From positions 256,001-320,000 of the forward strand of contig CBDCWI010000002.1 in the NCBI GenBank assembly GCA_965223325.1: a stretch of 64,000 nt of DNA. The letters run 5' to 3'. The DNA is from Candidatus Multivoradales bacterium. GTDB lineage: Bacteria; Acidobacteriota; Thermoanaerobaculia; Multivoradales; Multivoraceae. Each line of letters starts with the position of its first letter. Position 1 is the stretch's first letter. Both the position numbers and the translations under genes were made by a program. This document shows, one piece after another, positions 33,048 through 41,536 of the stretch. Under the pieces are notes generated by a model, which searched no databases, was not told the origin of the DNA, and saw only the letters and a program-made list of their open reading frames with translations.

Positions 33048-33591
33048 GGAGCGCCACGATGGCGGTACCTGCACCATGCAACACCCGCGAGAAGCCCAAC
33101 ACAGGGCAACCTCGCGATCCGATTCCCAAGGCGACGAGGCTGAATCGCCGTCATCACAAACAACTGTCCACTAAACCAAGACCGCTACACGGGGAAGTTG
33201 CAAGTTTGCAACTCGCGCCCGTTCCGCCCACCTGCGAGCCCAAGCGAGCAGTGGCCTGCCGTTGCCCGAGCTCGGGGACCCCTGCCGACACCCTGGTGGC
33301 GACGGGGTTTCCCGGGCCGGGAAACATGGCTGGCTCCCAGCCAGAGCGCAGTGGTCCGCCGAACGACTGCGAGCGGTGGCCAGGACCGCCGGTCGGGGAG
33401 CCCTTCGGAGCACGGTGCTCTCTGCCCCCTCGCGCGCAACAGGGTGTCCCGGCCGGCGAGCGCGTCAAGGGTTCGCCGAGGCCACCCCGAGGGGCGCCCT
33501 TGACCCGCCCGCCTCCGCCGGGACTCGATCGAGACGCGGGCGAGGGAGACGGATGGGCTCAGGATCCGGATGCCGTCCACGCGGAGCGCTC

Positions 33592-33999
33592 CTACAGGAA
33601 GAGGGTCGAGCGTCCCGAGGCCGCAGCGAAGGCCACGACCCGCGATCGAGAGGGAAGCGCCTCACAGCCTCGTCGGGTGAGGAACAGTCGCTCGCGTCCG
33701 CCGATCCAACCACGGTGCTTCCAGCGGCGGAGGGTCGCAGCGCTCACCAGGTCGGGCCGCTGTAGGACCTCGCCGGATCGCGCGGCCTGTGCGGTTCCGA
33801 GGACCCGATAGAGGCGCTCCGCGGTTCCGAGCGCGATCGTCGCTCGCGAGTCAGAAGCGGGGCCGAAACCTGAGCGCGGAGAGAGCTCCTCCCGCGACCG
33901 CTCCGAGCAGGAGGAGCGGGAGAAGGGCGAGGAGAAAGAGGACTCGGCCGCAGGCTCTCGCGCAGCGGCCGAGGATTCGTTGTCGTCGTGGTTCCACAT
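33592..33999 (-). CDS. Possible hypothetical protein downstream of ssb
   Basis: Strong SD (AAAGGGAGG) before ATG, but low-complexity and unrecognised sequence. Confidence 0.3.
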   Translation of the reverse strand: MWNHDDNESSAAAREPAAESSFSSPFSRSSCSERSREELSPRSGFGPASDSRATIALGTAERLYRVLGTAQAARSGEVLQRPDLVSAATLRRWKHRGWIGGRERLFLTRRGCEALPSRSRVVAFAAASGRSTLFL

Positions 34000-34085
34000 C
34001 GTGCCTCCCTTTCGTCCGGTCGAGCCGGCACCACGATCGAAGGGAGACGGCGAGGCGGCCGGGAAGCCGCCCCGCCGAGCCGCGG

Positions 34086-34436
34086 TTACGCCGCGGCCTC
34101 TCCTTCGTCGCTGGGCCGGTTCAGTGCCTGCCAGCTCTCGGCCACCACCTCCGTGCGGTAGTGCTTGGTGCCGGCGTCGTCCTCCCAGCTCCGGGTCCTG
34201 AGCCTGCCCTCGACGTAGACGAGGCGGCCCTTGCCGAGCACGTTCGCCACGTTCTCGGCGCTCTTGCCCCAGAACACCACCCGGTGCCACTCCGTCTCCT
34301 CCTGGCGGCTGCCTTCGGCATCCCGCCAGTAACGGGTCGTGGCGATCCGGAGGTCGGCGACCTTCGTACCCTGGGGCGTGCTGCGGATTTCGATGTCGTG
34401 TCCAACATGGCCAATGAGCTGCATCTTGTTCAGCAT
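34086..34436 (-). CDS. ssb: Single-stranded DNA-binding protein (short; lacks the acidic DDIPF tail)
   Basis: LNKMQLIGHVG, ETEWHRVVFWG, KGRLVYVEGRLRTRSW. Confidence 0.92.
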   Translation of the reverse strand: MLNKMQLIGHVGHDIEIRSTPQGTKVADLRIATTRYWRDAEGSRQEETEWHRVVFWGKSAENVANVLGKGRLVYVEGRLRTRSWEDDAGTKHYRTEVVAESWQALNRPSDEGEAAA

Positions 34437-34512
34437 GGGATGTTCTCCTCTCTGTGGTTCAATGTCAACAGATGTTGATTATGTGGTACGGTACTGCACT
34501 CTCCGGGCGTCA

Positions 34513-35397
34513 TCAACTCACGGCGTCCACCACCTTCCTGTTGCGGCCGAGGATGTGGTCCGCGGCCTTCTTCGCCTGCTGAGCAGCGGTCACGATCAGC
34601 CGAGGGTTGCGGCTGAGCTTCTGTCGCCAGTGGTCGAGGTAGGCTGCCGAGTTGGGAACGTCGGGGTCGATTCCCGCCTCACCGCAGAGGAAAGCAGCTC
34701 CCAGCTCGGCGACGAGCTCCTCCCGGGCGTACTCGTCGGAACCGAACGGGGCCGCGTGGTTGCGCTCGAAGGACGGGCGCCCGAGCCTCCGGACGTGGCC
34801 GGTCGAGTGGGCCAGCTCGTGGAAGAGGGTCGAGTAGTAGCCGGTCGCCGACTCGAAGACCTCCCGAGGCGGCATCGTCACCGTGTCGCTCACCGGGGCG
34901 TAGCAGGCCCGGGGCTGTGCCCGGTGCTCGACGCTCGGCGGGTCGGGGTAGCCGGCCACGATCGCTTCGGCTGCCTCCATCGGCTCGGCTTCCTCGGTCG
35001 AGAGCCGGGGAATCCGCTCCTCGTCGATCCCTTCCGTCTGGTCGAGGTTGAAGACGCGGTAGTACCGGAGGACCGGGATCCGCTCGGCGATCTCCTCGTC
35101 CTGCGTTTCCCCTTCGCTGTTCCGCTTCTCGGCCCACCGCCAGAACACGACCGGCGCCGACTTCGCACCCCGGAGCACCCGGCCCCCGAGCGCCTTGGCC
35201 TGCCGGAAGGTCAGCCACCAGGGGGTCGAGCCCGCCCGGAAGCCCAGCAACAGGACGTTGATCCCTCTGTAGGCCCTTCCTGTGGCCAGGTTCGCCGGGG
35301 CCAGCCCGTCGACCTTCCAGGGTCGCGACCACGGCACCACGCCCTGCTCGAGCTGCTCTAGGATCTGCCCCGTGACGATCTCGTAGACCTTCGACAT
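34513..35397 (-). CDS. ardC: ArdC-family ssDNA-binding anti-restriction protein
   Basis: VYEIVTGQILEQLEQGVVPWSRPW, YRGINVLLL, VFNLDQT, FHELAHSTGH (HExxH), YAREELVAELGAAFL. Confidence 0.92.
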   Translation of the reverse strand: MSKVYEIVTGQILEQLEQGVVPWSRPWKVDGLAPANLATGRAYRGINVLLLGFRAGSTPWWLTFRQAKALGGRVLRGAKSAPVVFWRWAEKRNSEGETQDEEIAERIPVLRYYRVFNLDQTEGIDEERIPRLSTEEAEPMEAAEAIVAGYPDPPSVEHRAQPRACYAPVSDTVTMPPREVFESATGYYSTLFHELAHSTGHVRRLGRPSFERNHAAPFGSDEYAREELVAELGAAFLCGEAGIDPDVPNSAAYLDHWRQKLSRNPRLIVTAAQQAKKAADHILGRNRKVVDAVS

Positions 35398-35456
35398 CTG
35401 CTCTCTCCTTCCAAGCCCGGGTCCGGTGGATTCCGTCCCCAACGAGAGGTTTTTTT

Positions 35457-35575
35457 CCCTCAACGCACCCAGAAATCAGTCAGGCCGCGAGACTGCGACA
35501 GGGCTGGCGAAGCCACCCGCAGGGCTTGGCCTTGCGCCGGCGAAGCGGCCGTCTAGACTGCTGGGTCGTTGAGGG
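35457..35575. promoter_or_regulatory. Frpo-like ssDNA promoter hairpin upstream of ardC
   Basis: Long imperfect inverted repeat; TTGCGC-N16-TAGACT lies in the distal arm on the + strand. Confidence 0.65.
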
Positions 35576-35771
35576 GAGAACGAGAAGAGAGGTCGGGTGG
35601 GGGAACAGCGCCCGAAGGGCGACCGCCCCTGTCTGCTCTGCCTTCTCTGCGTCCGTCTCCGTTTTCCGCAGCCGCCGGCGGAGCCCTACCGGAGAAGCTA
35701 TAGGTCTGGATACAGGGGGAATACAGGAGGGCGCCGCAAGTCGTTTGCCTGCAGCGACCTGGGCTAGGGTC

Positions 35772-35865
35772 GCGTCACCGTTTCATCGGTGGAGCGTCAC
35801 ACTTTCATCCCTGAACGGCGCGAACGGCGTCACCGTTTCATCGGTGGGGGCGTCACACTTTCATC
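35772..35865. repeat. Four 16-bp iterons (putative oriV)
   Basis: GCGTCAC(CG/AC)TTTCATC at 35772, 35794, 35827 and 35850 (spacing 22/33/23); matching copies in and after repA. Confidence 0.8.
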
Positions 35866-35939
35866 TGGAAGACTCCAGCCCTTCCGTAGAGTCTTCCGCA
35901 GGCACTCGCGGGAACGCGCGGACGGCGTCGTGTCACCGG

Positions 35940-35968
35940 TTGACGTTGGATTGCCAGTGGCCTAGTCT
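35940..35968 (+). promoter_or_regulatory. Sigma70-like promoter for the HTH gene
   Basis: TTGACG-N17-TAGTCT, then a GGAGG SD before ATG 36006. Confidence 0.6.
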
Positions 35969-36005
35969 GGACTCGCTTGGACACAGTTCTCACGGAGGAC
36001 CGGGC

Positions 36006-36230
36006 ATGGATGCCAATGCCATGACAGTGAGGGAGGTCGCGGCCTACCTCAGCGTCGCCGAGAAGACGATCTACCGACTCGCCCAGAAGGGCGAGCTACC
36101 CGGCTTCAAGGTCGCGGGCGCTTGGCGATTCCAACGAGCGGATCTCGATGGGTGGATCGACGAGCAGAAGAAGGCGGCGGGTTCCGCTCAGGTCAAGGAG
36201 AAGGGCAAGAACGTGCCTGGGAAGAGATGA
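36006..36230 (+). CDS. Excisionase-like HTH_17 DNA-binding protein
   Basis: MTVREVAAYLSVAEKTIYRLAQKGELPGFKVAGAWRF. Confidence 0.9.
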   Translation: MDANAMTVREVAAYLSVAEKTIYRLAQKGELPGFKVAGAWRFQRADLDGWIDEQKKAAGSAQVKEKGKNVPGKR

Positions 36231-36306
36231 GATACGCCGTCGTCGGTCAACTCGAACTGACGGAGAGGGACCCGTCGAGGGTCCGCATCGTCACGGAGTA
36301 ATCACG

Positions 36307-37359
36307 ATGCCGCATTCTTTCGAGCGTGGTTATCTCGACGCTGTGCCGGTCTCCCAGACGCTGTTGCGCACGATTCGCGCTCTCGGCGAGTTTCGCGGTA
36401 AGGAGATCCTCTTCGAGCGGCAGGCGCCGCAGGTCCTGGATGCCCTTCGCGAGGTCGCGATCATCCAGAGCACCGAGTCCTCCAACCGGATCGAGGGCAT
36501 CGTCGCTCCCCCGGCGAGAATCAAGGATCTCGTGCGGGAAAAGACGACGCCCCGCAACCGATCCGAACAGGAGATCGCCGGCTATCGCTCCGTTCTGACG
36601 ACGATCCACGCGAACCACCAGAACATCCCGTTCACACCTGGGGTCGTTCTCCAGCTCCACCGCGATCTCTACCAGTTCACCCCACAGGAGGGCGGACGCT
36701 GGAAGGTTGCCGACAACGAGATCACCGAGACTCGGCCCGATGGGTCGACCTTCGTCCGGTTTCAGCCGACCCCGGCGCACCGAACTGCGGAGGCCATGGA
36801 GACACTCCATCGGCGCTTCGAGGAGCGGCAGCGGGCCGGGGAGATCGAGCCTCTCGTCCTGGTTTCGGCCTACGTGCTGGACTTCTTGTGCATCCACCCC
36901 TTCCTGGACGGCAATGGGCGCATCGGCCGCCTGCTCAGCCTGCTCCTGCTCTACCAGGCAGGCTTCACGGTCGGCCGCTACATCTCGCTAGAGAAGCTCA
37001 TCGAGGAGAACCGCGAGAGCTACTACGACACGCTCCAAGCGTCGTCGAGCGGCTGGCACGAAGGCCAACATTCGGTCGGCCCGTGGATGGAGTATTTCCT
37101 TGGCGTGGTCCTCCTCGGGGCGTATCGGGAGCTCGAGCGGCGGACCGGTGAGCTGACGATGGCACGCGGGGCGAAGAGTGAAATGGTAGCGGCGAGCATC
37201 GAGAGACTTCCGCGGGAGTTTCGCTACGCGGACGTGGCGGCGGCCTGCCCCGGAGTTGCCCGACCCACCATCCACCGGGTCTTGAACAAGCTCCGCAACG
37301 AAGGACGAATCGAGTGCACGAAATCGGGGCGCGACGCGACTTGGCGGAAGCTCCTGTGA
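36307..37359 (+). CDS. Fic-family protein (class II-like) with a C-terminal HTH
   Basis: HPFLDGNGRIGR catalytic motif; N-terminal SNRIEG inhibitory motif. Confidence 0.92.
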   Translation: MPHSFERGYLDAVPVSQTLLRTIRALGEFRGKEILFERQAPQVLDALREVAIIQSTESSNRIEGIVAPPARIKDLVREKTTPRNRSEQEIAGYRSVLTTIHANHQNIPFTPGVVLQLHRDLYQFTPQEGGRWKVADNEITETRPDGSTFVRFQPTPAHRTAEAMETLHRRFEERQRAGEIEPLVLVSAYVLDFLCIHPFLDGNGRIGRLLSLLLLYQAGFTVGRYISLEKLIEENRESYYDTLQASSSGWHEGQHSVGPWMEYFLGVVLLGAYRELERRTGELTMARGAKSEMVAASIERLPREFRYADVAAACPGVARPTIHRVLNKLRNEGRIECTKSGRDATWRKLL

Positions 37360-37542
37360 CGGAAACCTCAAGAACGTGCTCATGACTACGTTAATGTACT
37401 CAAGAATGTCTATCTTCTCGCTACTCGCGACTCCACGCGTCCGGACCCGGTCGCTGCACATACCAAGGGTGAGGATCACCCCGCCGCGTGGCGAGACTCG
37501 CAGAACCAGCCGAGGATCTGCCTGCTGAAGGGCGGTTTCCCG

Positions 37543-40500
37543 ATGCTCCTCGACAACAAGCCCGGTCGCCTGGTTGCTGACGCCCTGCGAACAGCTCTAA
37601 CACCCGATGGCGAGGCCAGCGTTCTGACGAGCCAGCTCTCGATCTTCGCGTGGGATGCGCTGCAGCCGGACCTCGCCAAGCTCGCCGCGACTCGTCTGTT
37701 GCTCGCGCCGTCGACCGGCGTCGCGGCTACCGGGTCGCTCTCGCAAGATCTTGTCGGTTGTCCCGAGGAACGTCGATTCCGCAACAGCTTGGCTGGCCCA
37801 CGGATCGCCCGGCGTCTCGAGGAGTGGCTCCGGCGAGGCGTCGAGGTGCGCCGAACACGGGCCATGGTGCCGCACAGCCTCTACGCGGTTCGCAACGGCG
37901 TCGGCTCCACGACTGCGATTCAGGGCAGCTCTCCATTCACTGCATCAGGACTTGGACTCACGCCCTCGGACCGTTTCGAGATGAACACGCTGTACTCCGA
38001 CGAGGAGAGCGCAGCGAGCCTGATGGAGCTCTTCGAGAGCCTCTGGCACTCCGGGGAGCTGTCGCTCGAAGCCAAGGACGAGTTTTGTGCTTCTCTCCGG
38101 CAGATATCCGCGCCCGCCTCACCGCAGCTCTTCTACTTCAAGTCGCTCTTCCACCTCTTCCGCGAGGGGCTGAGCGACCTCGATGAGGACCGGATCGTTC
38201 GGCCTCGGACCGGGATTCGCGAGACGCTGGTTTGGAGAAAGCTGTACCGCTTCCAGAGAGACGGCGTCGTCGGCGCGATCGACAAGATCGAGCGCTACAA
38301 CGGCTGCATCATCGCGGACAGTGTCGGGCTCGGCAAGACTTTCGAGGCGCTGGCGATCATCAAGTACTACGAGCTGCGGAACGACCGCGTGCTGGTCCTG
38401 GTGCCGAAGCGACTCCGCGAGAACTGGACCATCTACACAGTCAACGATCGGCGCAACCTGTTCGCTGCGGACCGCTTCAACTTCGACGTCCTGAACCACA
38501 CGGACCTGACCCGGACCCGCGGCCATTCGGGGGAGATCAACCTCGAAACGGTCAACTGGGGGAACTACGACCTCGTCGTCATCGATGAGTCGCACAATTT
38601 CCGCAACAACCCGCCCCGGCGCGACGGGCTGACCCGGTACGGGCGGTTGATGCGCGACATCATCCGCTCGGGCGTCAAGACGAAAATCCTCATGCTCTCC
38701 GCGACTCCCGTCAACAACCGGATGAACGACCTGAAGAACCAGGTCGCCTTCATCACAGAGGGCCAGGACGAAGCGCTGAGCGAGGTCGGGATCGTCAGCA
38801 TCGAGAACACCCTCCGCAAGGCCCAGACCCTGTTCAACCAGTGGCTCAAGGACGATCCTGCCGGTCGAACCACACAAGGTCTCCTCGACGCGCTCAACTT
38901 CGACTACTTCCAGCTCCTCGACCTTCTGACGATCGCGCGGTCCCGCAAGCACATCACGAAGTACTACGACGTCGAGGACGTCGGGCGGTTTCCTCAACGG
39001 GCGGTCCCGATCAATGTCAAAGCTGATATCGACACCTCCGGTCTCTTTCCCCCACTGAAGGAGGTCAATCGAGACATCCGGCGCCTCACCTTGGCGGCCT
39101 ACGCCCCTCTCCGGTACGTCCTTCCGGAGAGAGTCGAGGAGTATCACCGGCGGTACGACATCGAGATGAAGGGCGGACGGTCCTTCCGCCAGATCGACCG
39201 CGAGGAGAGCCTCATCCACCTGATGCGGGTAAACCTCCTGAAGAGGATGGAGAGCTCCATCAGCTCCTTCGCTCAGACTGTCGAAAAGCTCCTCGGCAAG
39301 GTTCGCGGAATCCTCGAACGGCTCGAGTCCCACGATGCCCGGGACGTCGAGGAACTGAGTATCGAGGACGTGGACCTCGAGAGCGAGGAGTTCGAGCCGC
39401 TGCTCGTCGGCACCAAGGTCAAGGTTCTCCTCCAGGACGTCGACCGCATCCGCTGGCGGCAGGATCTCGAAGAGGACGAGGAGCTCCTGGTGGCCTTGCT
39501 ACGCGAGGCCCGGCAAGTGAACCATCACCGGGACGAGAAGCTCCGGCGACTCACCGAGCTGATCGAGCGCAAGGCCACGGAGCCTGTCAACGACGGCAAC
39601 CGGAAGGTCATCGTGTTTACGGCCTTTGCCGACACCGCGGAGTACCTCTACGAACATCTCGCCGGTTGGGCGCTGGACCAGTTGGGGCTCCACTCGGCGA
39701 TCGTCACCGGACGATCCGGGTCCAACCAGACCACCTTGAACGGGCTGCGCCGCGACCTCTCTTCGATCCTGGGAGCCTTCTCGCCGATCTCGAAAGAGAG
39801 GGAGAAGGTGGGCGGAGACCAGGGGCCCGAGCTCGATCTCCTCATCGCGACCGACTGCATCTCGGAGGGCCAGAACCTCCAGGACTGCGACTACCTCGTC
39901 AACTACGACATCCACTGGAATCCGGTCCGCATCATTCAGAGGTTCGGGCGGATCGACCGCCTCGGCTCGCGGAACGAGACCATTCAGCTCGTGAACTTCT
40001 GGCCGAACATGGAGCTCGACGAGTACATCGACCTGGAAGCTCGTGTGTCGGGGCGAATGGTCCTCCTCGACATCTCGGCAACCGGTGAAGAGAACGTGAT
40101 CGAGGCGACCGAAGAGGATCAGATGAACGACCTCGCCTATCGCCGTCGACAGTTCGAGCAACTGCAGGACCAGGTCCTGGACATCGAGGACCTCTCCGAC
40201 GGGATCAGCATCACCGACCTGACCCTCAGTGATTTCCGGCTGGACCTGGCTCGCTATGCGAAGGAGCATGACGACGAGATCGCGAGCTTGCCGCTCGGTA
40301 CGTACGGAGCTGTGCGCCTCGAGGACCTAGACGATGAGCTCGAGGGCCTGCAACCGGGCGTGTTCTTCTGTCTCCGGAGCGAGAATCCGGCGGTCGAGCG
40401 CGACTCGTCGTATTCGCTGACCCCCCACTACCTGGTCTTCGTTGGCGAGGACGGCGCAACCCGGCTGCACTACCACCAGACGCGCCGTTTGCTAGACGCC

Positions 40501-40770
40501 TTGAAGAAGATCTCGCTGGGGCGCTCCCAGCCCCAGGAAGCCGCCAACGCTGAGTTTCGGCGCAGAACCCGAGCCGGCCGTCGGATGGAAGCGATTCAGA
40601 ACCTCCTGGCCCAGGCTGTCGAATCGATCACCGGGAGAACCGAAGAGCGAGGTGTCGCCAGCCTCTTCGAGCGCGGCGGCACGGTCTTGACGGCCGACAC
40701 CTTCCGCGGCGTCGACGACTTCGAGGTCGTCGCCTACCTCGCGGTGCTCGGCGCCGAGGGTAACGGATGA
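37543..40770 (+). CDS. SNF2-like SF2 helicase with a degenerate N-terminal PLD-like domain
   Basis: ADSVGLGKT, IDESHNFRN, LSATP, SEGQNLQD, QRFGRIDRLGS. Confidence 0.9.
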   Translation: MLLDNKPGRLVADALRTALTPDGEASVLTSQLSIFAWDALQPDLAKLAATRLLLAPSTGVAATGSLSQDLVGCPEERRFRNSLAGPRIARRLEEWLRRGVEVRRTRAMVPHSLYAVRNGVGSTTAIQGSSPFTASGLGLTPSDRFEMNTLYSDEESAASLMELFESLWHSGELSLEAKDEFCASLRQISAPASPQLFYFKSLFHLFREGLSDLDEDRIVRPRTGIRETLVWRKLYRFQRDGVVGAIDKIERYNGCIIADSVGLGKTFEALAIIKYYELRNDRVLVLVPKRLRENWTIYTVNDRRNLFAADRFNFDVLNHTDLTRTRGHSGEINLETVNWGNYDLVVIDESHNFRNNPPRRDGLTRYGRLMRDIIRSGVKTKILMLSATPVNNRMNDLKNQVAFITEGQDEALSEVGIVSIENTLRKAQTLFNQWLKDDPAGRTTQGLLDALNFDYFQLLDLLTIARSRKHITKYYDVEDVGRFPQRAVPINVKADIDTSGLFPPLKEVNRDIRRLTLAAYAPLRYVLPERVEEYHRRYDIEMKGGRSFRQIDREESLIHLMRVNLLKRMESSISSFAQTVEKLLGKVRGILERLESHDARDVEELSIEDVDLESEEFEPLLVGTKVKVLLQDVDRIRWRQDLEEDEELLVALLREARQVNHHRDEKLRRLTELIERKATEPVNDGNRKVIVFTAFADTAEYLYEHLAGWALDQLGLHSAIVTGRSGSNQTTLNGLRRDLSSILGAFSPISKEREKVGGDQGPELDLLIATDCISEGQNLQDCDYLVNYDIHWNPVRIIQRFGRIDRLGSRNETIQLVNFWPNMELDEYIDLEARVSGRMVLLDISATGEENVIEATEEDQMNDLAYRRRQFEQLQDQVLDIEDLSDGISITDLTLSDFRLDLARYAKEHDDEIASLPLGTYGAVRLEDLDDELEGLQPGVFFCLRSENPAVERDSSYSLTPHYLVFVGEDGATRLHYHQTRRLLDALKKISLGRSQPQEAANAEFRRRTRAGRRMEAIQNLLAQAVESITGRTEERGVASLFERGGTVLTADTFRGVDDFEVVAYLAVLGAEGNG

Positions 40771-41522
40771 GACCTCGGCGGATCTACGACGCTCTCGAAG
40801 TGCCGGATTCGTGCTTCCTCGGGAAGCGCGTCTTCAAGAAGCTGTTTCTCGAACACGGTGAGCTTCGTCCAGCCGACAAGAAGGTACTGTCGCGGGACGT
40901 CGGGAACGTGGTCTGGCAGTACACGCTCAAACCCGGAACCATCGCGATTCGGAGCTACGCCGACGAGAAGAGGGAGTACCTCGAGATCGCGATCCTAGAG
41001 GTCGAGCTTTCCGATCGGAAGTCGGCACAGCGGATCGGAGAGGTGGTGCACCGCTCCATTCCCTACCCTGTCGTCCTCGTGCTCGCCGACGAGGCCGGTT
41101 GCTGCCTCAGTCTGGCGGCCAAGCGGTTCAGCCGGTCCAGGGCGGGAACCGTCGTCGCGGAAGAGCAGACGTCCACGCCGTGGCTCGAAGAAGAGCATCT
41201 GAATGACGAGCAAGGGCACTTCCTCGCCTCCTTGAGCCTCCGCCAGCTTCCCCAGACTCACTTCCTGGAGCTCTATCAGGCGCTCCTACAGCGGGTGCTG
41301 ACCCTGCAGGGCGCGGAGGCCGGCGGTTCGTTTCGCCTGGACCCGGGGCGCACGATCGAGCAGCAGCGGGAGGATCTGGAGCGGCTCCGGCGCCTGGAGC
41401 ACGAAATGCGCGACGTCCGCTCGGCGATCCACTGCGAGAACGCGTTCGCCCGGAAGGTCGAGCTGAACACCCGTCTCAAGAAGCTCGAAGATCAGCACCG
41501 AACCCTCGTCAAGATGATCTGA
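40767..41522 (+). CDS. DUF4391-like protein
   Basis: GKRVFKKLF, WQYTLKP, EIAIL, HRSIPYP, C-terminal FARKVELN; sits between the helicase and Mod. Confidence 0.75.
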   Translation: MRPRRIYDALEVPDSCFLGKRVFKKLFLEHGELRPADKKVLSRDVGNVVWQYTLKPGTIAIRSYADEKREYLEIAILEVELSDRKSAQRIGEVVHRSIPYPVVLVLADEAGCCLSLAAKRFSRSRAGTVVAEEQTSTPWLEEEHLNDEQGHFLASLSLRQLPQTHFLELYQALLQRVLTLQGAEAGGSFRLDPGRTIEQQREDLERLRRLEHEMRDVRSAIHCENAFARKVELNTRLKKLEDQHRTLVKMI

Positions 41523-41536
41523 ACGGAGATGACCCC

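Larger units (their letters stand above)
31736..33189 (+). mobile_element. IS3-family insertion sequence (ends approximate)
   Basis: Imperfect terminal IRs (TGTCGGCCTGGGTTTTCGTTGGACA versus the reverse complement TGTAGCGGTCTTGGTTTAGTGGACA); orfA/orfB pair; target duplication not clear. Confidence 0.85.

Noticed and set aside
35772-35865. Mini-CRISPR
   Set aside because: 16-bp repeats with 6-17 bp gaps and copies in and after repA fit iterons.
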